DNA of 64,000 nt from a virus, in IMG/VR virus record IMGVR_UViG_3300017769_000001, positions 64,001 to 128,000 of that record, one strand, 5' to 3'. The position numbers were made by a program, and so were the translations under genes. This document shows positions 26,351-36,448 of this stretch, in pieces. The stretch's first letter is position 1; each line of letters begins with the position of its first letter. Below the pieces are notes generated by a model. It did not search any database and had not been told where the DNA came from. It saw nothing but the letters and a program-made list of their open reading frames with translations.

Positions 26351-27895
26351 TTACCACCCGCGACCAAGACCACCTTCTTCAGCTTGTGGTAGCCCATACT
26401 CAGAACCAAGCCTACCGTCGCCATAAACGATGTTGGCAATTGCCTCTTGTGGCATTTCTGCGATCTGTTCTTCAGTCAAACCCTTCTCCATCAGAATCAT
26501 GACTTCGTTGTCAACCATTTCTTCTTTCGACAGGTTTAGATATTTGGTCAAAGCCAGTTGTTTTGAAATAGTCTTAGCCTGCATTGTGCTCTGGAACAGG
26601 TTAAGGAGACTCTGATACGTCTCAATGTTCTTGTACAGCGCAAAATTATGTGATGGGGTGATTCGAAGTTGCATTTCTTCCGGTACTTCGATATCACGTT
26701 CCTCGCAGAACCATTTGAAATGTTTCTCAAATTCACACTCAACACGACGCTTGTCTCTGTTTACAAATCCAAGATAACGCATCTCTACTTGGTAAACCTG
26801 ACCAACTCGCATATCAGAATACGTATCTCTGTCGTTCCCTTCGTTCTGAGTATCAGTCATCGAAGGCGGAACGCGCATCGCTGCTGCAAGTTTCCTTGCA
26901 AGGTACGTCATATCATTGAGGTCGCCAGAACTCGGGCTTCCCTGTACACTCTCAATTCGAGAACTTCTTCCCTGTGACGTAACCGGGAGGTAGAAATCCT
27001 CTGTCATCGAATGGGGATCGAACTCAGTGTTGACATCACCATCTTTCTTGACGATGGCTTTTTGTTTCATCTGCAAACGGTATTTGTCAATTACTTCTTT
27101 GTGCTTCTTCGGAGGAAGACGCCCAACATCAATGTAGAATACCCTGCGATCAATACTTCTGGTGAATCGGTGGATGACCACGGCGGTTTCGAGAAGATCG
27201 AGTTTTCTCCATATTGGGTATGCACGTTCAAGCAGAGATTCCCCAAAAGGAGTATTACCTCGTTTCACAACAACCATATCTTCAACAGAAATGTGATCTA
27301 TTGAACGTTTCTGGTTGGAGTGGTTAATCGTTTCGATTTTCCGGAACGTTTCTTTGATATTGAGAAACGGGGCATTCCAATCCACGAGATAGTGAGTTAC
27401 GATGTTGTCGTCGTCCGGAGAGAGAACGTACCCGACCAATTTCTCAGGAGAAATCTTCTTCAAAGACCCATCTGGCTTCTTGACGAAAAATATACCACCA
27501 TACTTTTCAAGCTCCCGAGAATAGTCGAAAAGCTTGATCTCTAGGTTGTTCCTACCGAACCACGTATCCATCAAGTAGTTCAAAGACTTGATGTGGGTTT
27601 TTCTCAGCTTGCTGTCATCCGGGAATTCCAGAATCATGATAGGCTCGTCGTCGGCATTGCAGCTACTGATATCTTCAGCAATAATGTCCAACGCCCGAGA
27701 AACTTCGACAGACTGTCGATCCATAATGTCAAGCTTGGTTAGAATGCTTCTGCGGTCTCCTTCGAGGGATACATAGTTGTTATACCAGCTAAGACCCTCC
27801 CCCTTTGTAGATTCCGGAGCAGTGTTGTGGGTGGCATTGGCACCTAAGCGGACAGTACTCCACTGGTGTTCATAAAGCTTTTGCTCTGTTGCCAT
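26351..27895 (-). CDS. gp20: portal protein
   Basis: RRVFYIDVGRLP, EDFYLP motifs; start set at MATEQK. Confidence 0.95.
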   Translation of the reverse strand: MATEQKLYEHQWSTVRLGANATHNTAPESTKGEGLSWYNNYVSLEGDRRSILTKLDIMDRQSVEVSRALDIIAEDISSCNADDEPIMILEFPDDSKLRKTHIKSLNYLMDTWFGRNNLEIKLFDYSRELEKYGGIFFVKKPDGSLKKISPEKLVGYVLSPDDDNIVTHYLVDWNAPFLNIKETFRKIETINHSNQKRSIDHISVEDMVVVKRGNTPFGESLLERAYPIWRKLDLLETAVVIHRFTRSIDRRVFYIDVGRLPPKKHKEVIDKYRLQMKQKAIVKKDGDVNTEFDPHSMTEDFYLPVTSQGRSSRIESVQGSPSSGDLNDMTYLARKLAAAMRVPPSMTDTQNEGNDRDTYSDMRVGQVYQVEMRYLGFVNRDKRRVECEFEKHFKWFCEERDIEVPEEMQLRITPSHNFALYKNIETYQSLLNLFQSTMQAKTISKQLALTKYLNLSKEEMVDNEVMILMEKGLTEEQIAEMPQEAIANIVYGDGRLGSEYGLPQAEEGGLGRGW

Positions 27896-27939
27896 TGTTA
27901 AACCTCTTTGATTCGTGCCATTATTTAGACCACCTACAG

Positions 27940-28446
27940 TCACATGAACTTCTTATAGTGATTTGACCACCGATTTGAAGTGGTTTTTGCTTTATCTTCC
28001 CACTCCATCAAAGGAACCAACTCGGATACCCGGATCAATGGTAGTTTGTAAAGACGGGTGGCTCCTGATACTTTTGGAACCGCTCTTTTGAGAGCGTGCC
28101 AATCTACCATGATAGGCAAACCGTCCCTTATCCGGTTCCTGTTAGACTCAAGAACATACCGGATGACGGCAATGCGATCACGGACTGGAATGTAGTGGAG
28201 ATTGCAGACGAGCACACAGTTGTAAATGGATACGTGCCTTAGAGTGATCGCCAATGGATTTGGATCATGCTCAAACCCGGCATAATACAGATCTGCCATC
28301 GCCCCAATGTACAACTCCTGTACTTTGGATGCTGCGTATGCAGGTGACGCATACATATCCGGATCTGTCCCAGCGCCAACGTTGAGAGTGTTGAATCCTC
28401 GATATGTTTGGAAGTATTCTTCGTCTGCTGGTTTTATTAGTGCCAT
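27940..28446 (-). CDS. gp2: DNA end protector gp2-like
   Basis: D.NPL...NLHYIP..R motif; late promoter. Confidence 0.65.
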   Translation of the reverse strand: MALIKPADEEYFQTYRGFNTLNVGAGTDPDMYASPAYAASKVQELYIGAMADLYYAGFEHDPNPLAITLRHVSIYNCVLVCNLHYIPVRDRIAVIRYVLESNRNRIRDGLPIMVDWHALKRAVPKVSGATRLYKLPLIRVSELVPLMEWEDKAKTTSNRWSNHYKKFM

Positions 28447-28565
28447 ACCTTAAACTCTTCAGTATGACTCTATTTAGAAGGGGTGCCGCCCACGGATGGT
28501 AAGTCCCGACGGCTCTTGTGATGATTGGGGTGAGGTGCGGAGAGAGCCACCACAAGCAAACTTAT

Positions 28566-29114
28566 TTACTCTTCTGGAACTTCGTCATAACCAAGCATAA
28601 TAGCATTAGTTTCCCGGTCGTCGTAAAGTCCCGATATATCGCCAGACGTCGTCAGATATGGAGCGTATCTGTTCAGATGGTAACTCAGATTTTCCAAGTC
28701 ATGATCACCTTCATAATGGTGTGCTATCACAAGATCAAATGAAGGATCGTGATCAACGGCTTCGTAGAGGTCTGCAATCATTTCGAAGTACTTCTCCATT
28801 GTCGGAGATTCATACTCGGCGATTAGACACCGCACACCGTCGACATCCTCAGAACGAAGTTTGAATCCAGAAAGGCGAACTGGCCCTTTGAATATCTTCA
28901 TCACTCCTTGTGGTTCATTTTCGTACACTTCGTCAACAACAGCAACAGGTACAGACAAATATTTGTCTTCTACAACTTCAGTAATCCCGTAATCTTCACA
29001 GAAGTTCCTGATAATCTCCTTGTCCTTCGTCTCCAAGTCCATCCCGTACACCAAGTACACTGGGAACGGGATTGCGTTCTCTTTCTCTGTATTTTTCACG
29101 AACTGTCTCCACAT
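28566..29114 (-). CDS. acidic hypothetical protein (possible degenerate 2H fold)
   Basis: 182 aa; late motif near 29161. Confidence 0.6.
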   Translation of the reverse strand: MWRQFVKNTEKENAIPFPVYLVYGMDLETKDKEIIRNFCEDYGITEVVEDKYLSVPVAVVDEVYENEPQGVMKIFKGPVRLSGFKLRSEDVDGVRCLIAEYESPTMEKYFEMIADLYEAVDHDPSFDLVIAHHYEGDHDLENLSYHLNRYAPYLTTSGDISGLYDDRETNAIMLGYDEVPEE

Positions 29115-30721
29115 GATCGTCGCCGAGCCATAACTGGCGATACTTTTTCTGATATCCCTTTATTTACTGGGAGTGTTGTATCGGATGGTGATTGTTTTCG
29201 ACTACCAAGTTTCTTCCGCCCATTGGTGGATTTACGCTTGGATTCGCTGTTAACCGCAGTAATAAGCTCTCGAATGTTTCTGATCTCTTCGCGCTTAACA
29301 ACACCAGATCCGAGCCGGAACAAGGGAGTTCGCATCGCACCTTCACCATGCATTTCTCCGGTCTTTTCCATAAGCCCAAACTTGATGGCTGCTGCTTTCA
29401 TCTTGTTAACCGTTTCTGTGGACACTCCAGTCCATGCTGCTGCAAACTTCTGCGAGTAGCAGGTACAGACTTCCTCCGTAGACCAAGTGGATTTCAAGCC
29501 AACCAGATCCAAGAACCCCTGTGCGGCTTTCTTTTGCCCTTTCGTCATATGAGTTATTTCTGATTTCAGTTCTGGTCTCTCAAAGTCAATGACACCAGCT
29601 TCAGACATCAACTTCATAGTCCATACGACAAACTCGGTCGGAGAAGGCTTTCTGTAGTTCTTTCCGTACCGAACGTTCATAAAGATTCTTGTCAGGTTAT
29701 AGTCGATCTTCTCGTCTGAGTTATGGTCTGAGAAATCTCTGACAATGAGACCCCAACCACCACCTTCGCGTCTGACCCAGCGGGATGACATCGAAGGATT
29801 GTTGTCAGTGTGGCCGGGGAGTAGTGACCTGAACGGGCGACCAAACATTTCCCCGTTCTTCGGTAGCGCGACTCCAACGTAAGATGCCAGTCGCTTCTGA
29901 ACGTCTTTGTTGAACAGAATACTGTTGAACATCTTTCCAGTCATTTCTCCACGACCGATGAAGATTGGATCCCCGGTGTATGTGATGTCTTCATAGCCGT
30001 GATTGGCTCCAATACCCTCGTACACACGCGAAAGAGAAGCAGAGGTCTCTGCTTCGATTACAGCAGACACATCGTCACCGGGTTCTTCCGGGATCTCTTC
30101 GTTCTTCTTTGCTGTTGATTTTGAACGTTTCGGTGTTGTCTGTTCCCTGTACTGACTAAGGCTTTCGATTTCCCGGACACCAGTCAAATGATTTTTCAGT
30201 TCCGACGGCAGTTCCGGTAATTTGTTGTCTCGTATTTGAGAAATGAAAGAGTCTAGGGAACCGCGCTGCATGTAGCGATTCCCGTCAGGAAGTATTGCGT
30301 ACCCCCCAACACCCAGAGAATCTATGGCATAAATGAAACCAACTTTTCGAACTACCTCGTTGTCTGGCTTGAAGTAGTAATGATGACCGTTGTTTAACGT
30401 TGACGCCGTCGCCTTTGTCTGGCACGTGTACTCATGAATTTTCCCAAAAGAAGCAAATGCTTGTTGGCCTTTGCTCAAATCGACATCGATTACGCTAAAT
30501 TGTCCTTCACAAGGAGCACCAATGAGCGCGTCCGGATTCTTCTTCCACCATCGCTTGACAAGACCAACATCAGAAGATGCGTTCTTGAAACCGTTCTTCG
30601 TTAATGGACTCTTGTCGCTTGGCTTGCACGGAAAAATCTTGATCCCAGCTTTGGCGTATTTTACTGCTATGTCGATGTATGATTCACTCACCCCAGATAA
30701 CCATCCTTCGCATTGTTCCAA
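29096..30721 (-). CDS. bifunctional primase-polymerase (Prim-Pol) domain protein
   Basis: IFPC...KSP...GFKNAS...WW...P...IG...VIDVD, GHHYYF, GGY motifs; HTH-like C-terminus. Confidence 0.85.
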   Translation of the reverse strand: MEQCEGWLSGVSESYIDIAVKYAKAGIKIFPCKPSDKSPLTKNGFKNASSDVGLVKRWWKKNPDALIGAPCEGQFSVIDVDLSKGQQAFASFGKIHEYTCQTKATASTLNNGHHYYFKPDNEVVRKVGFIYAIDSLGVGGYAILPDGNRYMQRGSLDSFISQIRDNKLPELPSELKNHLTGVREIESLSQYREQTTPKRSKSTAKKNEEIPEEPGDDVSAVIEAETSASLSRVYEGIGANHGYEDITYTGDPIFIGRGEMTGKMFNSILFNKDVQKRLASYVGVALPKNGEMFGRPFRSLLPGHTDNNPSMSSRWVRREGGGWGLIVRDFSDHNSDEKIDYNLTRIFMNVRYGKNYRKPSPTEFVVWTMKLMSEAGVIDFERPELKSEITHMTKGQKKAAQGFLDLVGLKSTWSTEEVCTCYSQKFAAAWTGVSTETVNKMKAAAIKFGLMEKTGEMHGEGAMRTPLFRLGSGVVKREEIRNIRELITAVNSESKRKSTNGRKKLGSRKQSPSDTTLPVNKGISEKVSPVMARRRSCGDSS

Positions 30722-30963
30722 GCCTGCTTGTCAGTAAGGTAATAAAGACAGTTCGTTGACAAAGAACTGCCCACTTTCTTACGAAGCCTGCTCACTTCTA
30801 CTCTGATTATTTCCCGCGCTTCATTCTTATCTTCATCACTCCCGAATCTATAATCGATTGAATGATAAAGATTAATGAGATCGATCATTTTAGCAGTAGC
30901 CTGACCTATGGTCAATTTGTTTGATGGCTTCTGTAATCGATCTCTCATCCTGTCAGGACGCAT
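30688..30963 (-). CDS. hypothetical protein
   Basis: start set at MRPDRM after GAGG. Confidence 0.6.
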   Translation of the reverse strand: MRPDRMRDRLQKPSNKLTIGQATAKMIDLINLYHSIDYRFGSDEDKNEAREIIRVEVSRLRKKVGSSLSTNCLYYLTDKQAWNNAKDGYLG

Positions 30964-31630
30964 CGCACAACCCTCTAAGTACAAATCCGTACTGACTCAA
31001 CCAATATGCGTCAGTGAGGTCATACCGGCCTTTCGTCTTAGGTATCTTCGAGAACTGATCCTTTACTGTCTTGGGGAGTGCGTCGAACATTTCATCTTTC
31101 GTCGCTTTTCCGGATCCAGTTGCAAACTTCTTCACGGTTGTTGGCGTTGCGATATCAACGAACGAGTCTTCAAATTTCACAGTAAACTCATCGTTGATCG
31201 CGTTTTTGAAACCATCAATCAGAAGGAACTGAAGCCCCGCCAATGATCTTGCCGCGTCTCCGGTTGCGCCAAATCCCAATCCTTCCATACAGACGTGCAA
31301 TGGTGCATTTTCCGACATAGTTAGAGCGTTGGTCTTCAAATACAGATTCGTCATGACGTTCCTAACGGCAGCTGCCATGTAATACTGCTGCATCGGTTTG
31401 TTCTGTTTAAGCCACTCTTCCCCACCACCAACAAGAACATCAAGAGCAGGATGGAGGACAGGTATATCTCTCTTTTTGTTATTCGGATCTGATGCTGGGC
31501 TTACTTGCACAAGGTCATATGCAATCAGGTTGCCGTCCACATCGGTGATACACCATCCAGTACTTGCAAGTGATTGATCGACCCCGATTATTAACGGCTT
31601 TTCATGTCTTACTTGATTGCAAGAATTCAT
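30953..31630 (-). CDS. RuvC-like Holliday junction resolvase
   Basis: IGVDQSLASTGW, MEG, P.TVKKFATGSGKATK, DLTDAY. Confidence 0.85.
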   Translation of the reverse strand: MNSCNQVRHEKPLIIGVDQSLASTGWCITDVDGNLIAYDLVQVSPASDPNNKKRDIPVLHPALDVLVGGGEEWLKQNKPMQQYYMAAAVRNVMTNLYLKTNALTMSENAPLHVCMEGLGFGATGDAARSLAGLQFLLIDGFKNAINDEFTVKFEDSFVDIATPTTVKKFATGSGKATKDEMFDALPKTVKDQFSKIPKTKGRYDLTDAYWLSQYGFVLRGLCDAS

Positions 31631-31673
31631 AATTTACTCTCTCCATAAATATAAGGGATTGGAGACTGTATTT

Positions 31674-31856
31674 ATGAGTAAAAAAGCCGTGCCAGTTAAA
31701 ACCGAAGACCTGAAAGAAGAAGACCGCATTTACTTGTCAATGGTCAAAATAAACCGGCTCGTGCAGAACGAGATTCGAAGATGCGAATACTTAGAATCCT
31801 GTCTGACGAGCCTTAGTAAGAATATTGACGAGTCTAACCAAAGGAAATCTGGCTGA
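31674..31856 (+). CDS. small late protein, opposite strand to neighbours
   Basis: TAAATA at 31646, GGAG RBS. Confidence 0.55.
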   Translation: MSKKAVPVKTEDLKEEDRIYLSMVKINRLVQNEIRRCEYLESCLTSLSKNIDESNQRKSG

Positions 31857-34101
31857 ATCCGTTACTCTTCGTAACAGTCCATACCATATCACACTTATCG
31901 TCAAACTCTCCGCTGTGGCTTACCAGCAGCACTTTATCGAAGCGATCAGAAATCAATCTGAATACGTTTCTCTTCGATTGTCCGTCCAAGGCAGAATCGA
32001 ATACTTCGTCGACTATCAGGAAATCACTTCTGGTTCCCAACATGCCCATTAGATCCCGAAGGGCAACAGCAACACTGATGTCCAGCTTCAGCTTCTCACC
32101 AGCAGACAGGTTGTGATAACTGACCGAACGGTTCATGTACTCAATAGACACGCTCAGATCGTCTTCAATACTGCAAATATGTGGCGAGTCCAGCTGATCG
32201 GCGTACTTATTGATCATCTTATTCAGATACGGTACGTACTTGCCGATAATGTTTCTCCGAATGAAACTCTTTGAATCAGTCAGCAGCTTCACAAGATAGT
32301 TGCAGTGTCTGATGTCGATGCCAAGATCAGAGATCTTCTTCTCAAGCTCGTCAGTATCCTTCAGGTTCATCTTTGATTCATCCGGATCATCAAACGGACA
32401 TTCTTCGGCGTTCAAGCGATGAACCTCTTCCAAGGCAGTCTTTGCCTTGTTGATGAGATTCTCAAACTCAACTTCGTTTCCTGAGAGATTCATCGCTTTC
32501 AGTTCCGCAACAATCTCATTAATCTTGGACTCAGACTCTGCGACCTTTTGATTCAGAGAATCGAGATTCTTCTCTTTCTGACTGCGAGTACCTTTCAAGT
32601 CTTCCAACTTCTTCGAAATCTCAGAGACATCAAGACTCGCAATTTCGTCCAACTTGCGATTGGTTTCTTCGAGTTGCCTGTCATAGGAGTCGATCAGAGT
32701 TTCTGACTTACGGATAGACGCTTCAACGTTCTTGAATTCTTCACGGATCCGGTCTCCATCGTCAATGACTTCGTCTGGGATGTCAGTGACCTCTTTCTCA
32801 ATCCGAGACATTTCTTCATTAATCTCGGAGATCTTTTCTCTAACAGATTGCTTTATTTGATTTTTTTCTTTTATTGCGTCCTCGTATTCTTTGATTTTTT
32901 CAACATATTCTTCACCAACCCACTGCTGTCGACACGTCGGACACTGGCTTTTTGAAAGATGGTCAAGTTTCTTTTGAAGTTCAGCAATCTCACGATCAGT
33001 GAGACTAATCACAGATTCTTCAGTCACCAGCTGAGAGTCCAATTCTTCAAACTCCTTGTTCAAAGAATCAAACTTATCAGCGTGCAACACCTTTGGTTGA
33101 AGTTCTTTTAGGTCTGACTTACGAGACTCTATATCCCTTACCAGCTCCAAGCGATCCTGCTGTAGTGATTCCAGTCTGGATTCCAGTGAACGCCTGTCTC
33201 CTTCTCCGGAGTTCAAAGAAATCTCGGCAGCATGGATCTCCCGGTCGATCTTTCGGATCTCGTCAATACCGGTATTGATATCCGAGGAAACATTGGATTT
33301 GAATGCCTTGAGATCAGAAAGATTGGAGAAGAGTGACCGGATCTTTTCTTCCGACTCAAGAACAGAAGAAGAACTCTTGATGATATCATTAAGCTCAGAA
33401 ATCCTCTGTTTTTGGTTTCTGAAGTACTGGTCGTACTTTTCTTTGTTGTTCTGAAAGATCTGGATCTCGCGAGCATTGATTTCCTCCGCATTCTCAAGAT
33501 CCTTCCGAACTAACTTCAAATCAACCTCATACTCATCCCTCAACGCCTTTACAGACTTGGCTCTCTCAGTGAGCTTTGACATGCCAAGGAATTCTTCCAT
33601 GAAGTTGCGCTGCTCCGCAGGCTTCCTTTTGAGAAGCGGAGGTACAGACGTTGTCATAAGGAAACTGAATACGAATGTGTCGTAGTTGACACCAATGTAT
33701 TCTTCGATCAGCTTCGATGTGTTTTGAAGAGAATCACGAGTCAAATCTACAGAATCCACGACAAACTTCAGTGAGTTTGGCTTTCTTGTTCTGGTGATGA
33801 CTGCATGTTTACCATCAACCTTCATATGGAGTTCAACGAACATTCCCTTGCCGTTTACCATGTTTATGAAGTCGTCCTGCTTGATGTCCGGATCGACACC
33901 CTTTCCATAAAGCGCATACGTCAGAGCTTGGTTTATGGTGCTCTTACCACTGCCGTTGGATGATCCATTCTCTTTCCCGGCATCTACGTCGAGGTTCTTT
34001 CCTTTGATGTTGGCAATACCATCTTTGAATTCGATCTCAGTCTGAACGTTGCCAAACGACAGGAAATTTTTAATCAAAAGTTTTTCAAACTCAAGCTTCA
34101 T
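31834..34101 (-). CDS. gp46: recombination nuclease subunit (Rad50/SbcC-like)
   Basis: KNFLSFG, NGSGKST, CPTC zinc hook, LSAGE signature, IVDEVFD, VSH. Confidence 0.93.
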   Translation of the reverse strand: MKLEFEKLLIKNFLSFGNVQTEIEFKDGIANIKGKNLDVDAGKENGSSNGSGKSTINQALTYALYGKGVDPDIKQDDFINMVNGKGMFVELHMKVDGKHAVITRTRKPNSLKFVVDSVDLTRDSLQNTSKLIEEYIGVNYDTFVFSFLMTTSVPPLLKRKPAEQRNFMEEFLGMSKLTERAKSVKALRDEYEVDLKLVRKDLENAEEINAREIQIFQNNKEKYDQYFRNQKQRISELNDIIKSSSSVLESEEKIRSLFSNLSDLKAFKSNVSSDINTGIDEIRKIDREIHAAEISLNSGEGDRRSLESRLESLQQDRLELVRDIESRKSDLKELQPKVLHADKFDSLNKEFEELDSQLVTEESVISLTDREIAELQKKLDHLSKSQCPTCRQQWVGEEYVEKIKEYEDAIKEKNQIKQSVREKISEINEEMSRIEKEVTDIPDEVIDDGDRIREEFKNVEASIRKSETLIDSYDRQLEETNRKLDEIASLDVSEISKKLEDLKGTRSQKEKNLDSLNQKVAESESKINEIVAELKAMNLSGNEVEFENLINKAKTALEEVHRLNAEECPFDDPDESKMNLKDTDELEKKISDLGIDIRHCNYLVKLLTDSKSFIRRNIIGKYVPYLNKMINKYADQLDSPHICSIEDDLSVSIEYMNRSVSYHNLSAGEKLKLDISVAVALRDLMGMLGTRSDFLIVDEVFDSALDGQSKRNVFRLISDRFDKVLLVSHSGEFDDKCDMVWTVTKSNGFSQISFG

Positions 34102-35134
34102 TGTGGTGCCCTTTGCATTTCTTAAAGATGTCCACCAGACGTTCAATTTCTACATCTGCGGGTGGCTCTGTGATGGCTTCGATTGATGCGACGATACTTT
34201 CATCGATGTCGTCAACAGCTTCGACGTCTACTGTGGATTCGATAAGCTCTTTGGCTTTGTTCCCCTTGTAATTTATCTTCGAATTAGTGGTTTCCAGCTG
34301 CGCAACCACCTTCGAAGCATCGTCGATCAGTTCATCTGTCGCGTCATCTGGGAGATTGATTCTGACGCTAGTGTGTTCGTCAATCAACCCCTCGTCGTTG
34401 AATTCGATGAAATCTTCGTAAGACAAACTGAAGATTTTGACTTTCATCCAATCAACCCACTCGATCTCGTCAGTCTCCAGATCGAGAACCAAGAACCCGC
34501 GCTCAAGGTCATTCGCATCGTTGTAATCAAATGGGAACGGACTGCCAACATAAATCACGTTATCTTTGATCTGACGCTTATGGTAGTGGCCGGTGATGAC
34601 TCGCTTACAGTGACGAAGTTCCCTATGTGAAAGACCGTGCTCCATCACATAGTTCTCGTTCATCATGAAATTTTTGAACTCAAAATGTCCAAAAACGTAG
34701 TCACAATCTTCAGATTTTTCGATCAATGCATCCCACTGCTCTCCGTCACATACCCAAGGAGATACCAGAATTCTCTTACCGTTGATAATCTGAACGACAT
34801 CATCTGCTATCAGATTTGCGTATTGTCCGAGACAACGGGTCGAACTTACATCCAGCCGATTCTTGTAGAACATGTCATGGTTTCCGGTGAGTACTGAGAA
34901 CGGGATCCCGGACTTATGTACTCGGTGAGCGCCATCGATTGCGTAGTTCAAAGTCTCCACTGATACCTTTGATCGGTTGTCAAAGTAGTCTCCCAGCTGG
35001 TAGATGTGAGAGATCCCATTTGACTTGGCGTAGTCTACCATAAATTCTATGAAATCAATAAGATACTGATTATGTTTTGGGGAGTCGTTATCACGCCCGA
35101 AATGCCAGTCGCCGGTTAAGATGACTTTGCTCAT
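34091..35134 (-). CDS. gp47: recombination nuclease subunit (Mre11/SbcD-like)
   Basis: GDWHFG, GDYFD, GNHD, GHFE, GHYH. Confidence 0.93.
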   Translation of the reverse strand: MSKVILTGDWHFGRDNDSPKHNQYLIDFIEFMVDYAKSNGISHIYQLGDYFDNRSKVSVETLNYAIDGAHRVHKSGIPFSVLTGNHDMFYKNRLDVSSTRCLGQYANLIADDVVQIINGKRILVSPWVCDGEQWDALIEKSEDCDYVFGHFEFKNFMMNENYVMEHGLSHRELRHCKRVITGHYHKRQIKDNVIYVGSPFPFDYNDANDLERGFLVLDLETDEIEWVDWMKVKIFSLSYEDFIEFNDEGLIDEHTSVRINLPDDATDELIDDASKVVAQLETTNSKINYKGNKAKELIESTVDVEAVDDIDESIVASIEAITEPPADVEIERLVDIFKKCKGHHNEA

Positions 35135-35799
35135 TATTTCACTCCGAATGTTTTTCCGATGTAATCATTGAAACTGATTTCGGATTTATTTTCCTCTTCT
35201 TCGTCGCCCCAGAGAGTCATATGTTCAAGGTGGTCGTAAACTACCCTCGATGATTTCTTCTGTGGCGTAGTGTCAGATTCAGAGCCGTCTTCCATTCCGA
35301 ATTCGTCCGTATCGCGACCTTCTTCATCCTCATCATCGTCTTCGTCACGAGCGGCTATCGCTTCTTCGGCAATGGCTTCCTCGTCCTCGACTTTCTGTGC
35401 CTCTTCCTGTTCCTTGATCATTTCTTCGTATCCGTAATCGCCACGAAGACCTTGATCTACCTTCAGGGCGTTCTTGGTGTTCATGTATCCGTATTCTTTC
35501 TTCAGGTAACCGATATAAGCTCGAAACAGACAGGTAGTGAAATAACCGAAAGGATTATCCGACTCTTCTGGATTGAACTTGGGGGCTGCTTTGATGCAAG
35601 CATGGAGACCTGTTGCGATCAGATCTTCTTTGAAGGCACGTCCGTATCGTCGTTCGTATTCACGGAACTTCCGGTCGTGGGAGTAGTTCTCTGCCAATGT
35701 CATGAACATCTGGCCTAGCTTTTCAGTGACCCGTCCTTGCTCTCTTGTCTTGATCACTTCTTCGTACATTTCTTTCTTGTCGATGTAGTGTTTGCTCAT
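35134..35799 (-). CDS. gp55: late transcription sigma factor
   Basis: HYID, EDLI..G...C....KFNP....NPFGYFT motifs; 55-47-46 synteny. Confidence 0.9.
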   Translation of the reverse strand: MSKHYIDKKEMYEEVIKTREQGRVTEKLGQMFMTLAENYSHDRKFREYERRYGRAFKEDLIATGLHACIKAAPKFNPEESDNPFGYFTTCLFRAYIGYLKKEYGYMNTKNALKVDQGLRGDYGYEEMIKEQEEAQKVEDEEAIAEEAIAARDEDDDEDEEGRDTDEFGMEDGSESDTTPQKKSSRVVYDHLEHMTLWGDEEEENKSEISFNDYIGKTFGVK

Positions 35800-35825
35800 A
35801 CTGCCTCTGTTTCTACGATATTGAC

Positions 35826-35854
35826 ATTCTATACCATTTACGTTATGTGGTCAA
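35826..35854 (-). promoter_or_regulatory. sigma70 promoter for gp55-47-46
   Basis: TTGACC-17nt-TAGAAT. Confidence 0.7.
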
Positions 35855-35935
35855 GTTTGTAAACACCAACCAAGCAATATTTCTCAATCCCCCTGCAACC
35901 CCCGTCATCACTGCATTCCACTTCAAAACAAGCCA

Positions 35936-36126
35936 TTTCCTACACAGGAATATATATCTGTGTAGGCGAGCGTGGTTAAACTTAAAGGTGCATGAGAATA
36001 AATTTCATTTGAGAATTGTTTCTAAGGATAATCCGGATCCTTCTGGAGCCCAGTAATAGCAAGGAATGTGGCGTTTCCTACACAGGAATATATATCTGTG
36101 TAGAGAGCGTGGTTAAACTTAAAGGT
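35936..36126. repeat. two ~54-bp direct repeats, each with a hairpin
   Basis: 35936-35989 and 36074-36126; CTACACAG-GAATATATAT-CTGTGTAG. Confidence 0.92.
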
Positions 36127-36226
36127 TGTTGAGATAGATTCTCAAATGACATCAGAACATCCGTTTAGCTTCGATGGTAGGTTTTTGCTAAATAAGATAA
36201 AACCGTAAGTACATGGGAGTTAACGA

Positions 36227-36442
36227 ATGAAAACTTATGTTAACAAGACACGTACCATGAAGCGTCTCGTTCTCGTAACTGACAAAAAGTCAGGGAAAAC
36301 TGAGACTAAGTTTCTTGGTAAAGGTCAAGAAGTAACCACTTCAAGCGAAGCATCTTTCGTTGAAGATGGAATCAAGATTCGGGAAACAGCGTCAAAGCAG
36401 CCTGCGTCTAAAAAAGCCGAAACCAAAGAAGATAAGGAGTAA
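36227..36442 (+). CDS. small basic late protein
   Basis: CTAAATAA at 36188, GGGAG RBS. Confidence 0.7.
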   Translation: MKTYVNKTRTMKRLVLVTDKKSGKTETKFLGKGQEVTTSSEASFVEDGIKIRETASKQPASKKAETKEDKE

Positions 36443-36448
36443 TAACCA

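Noticed and set aside
31640-31665. RBS-sequestering hairpin TCTCCA/TGGAGA around a late motif
   Set aside because: Explained by back-to-back GGAG RBSs of two divergent genes
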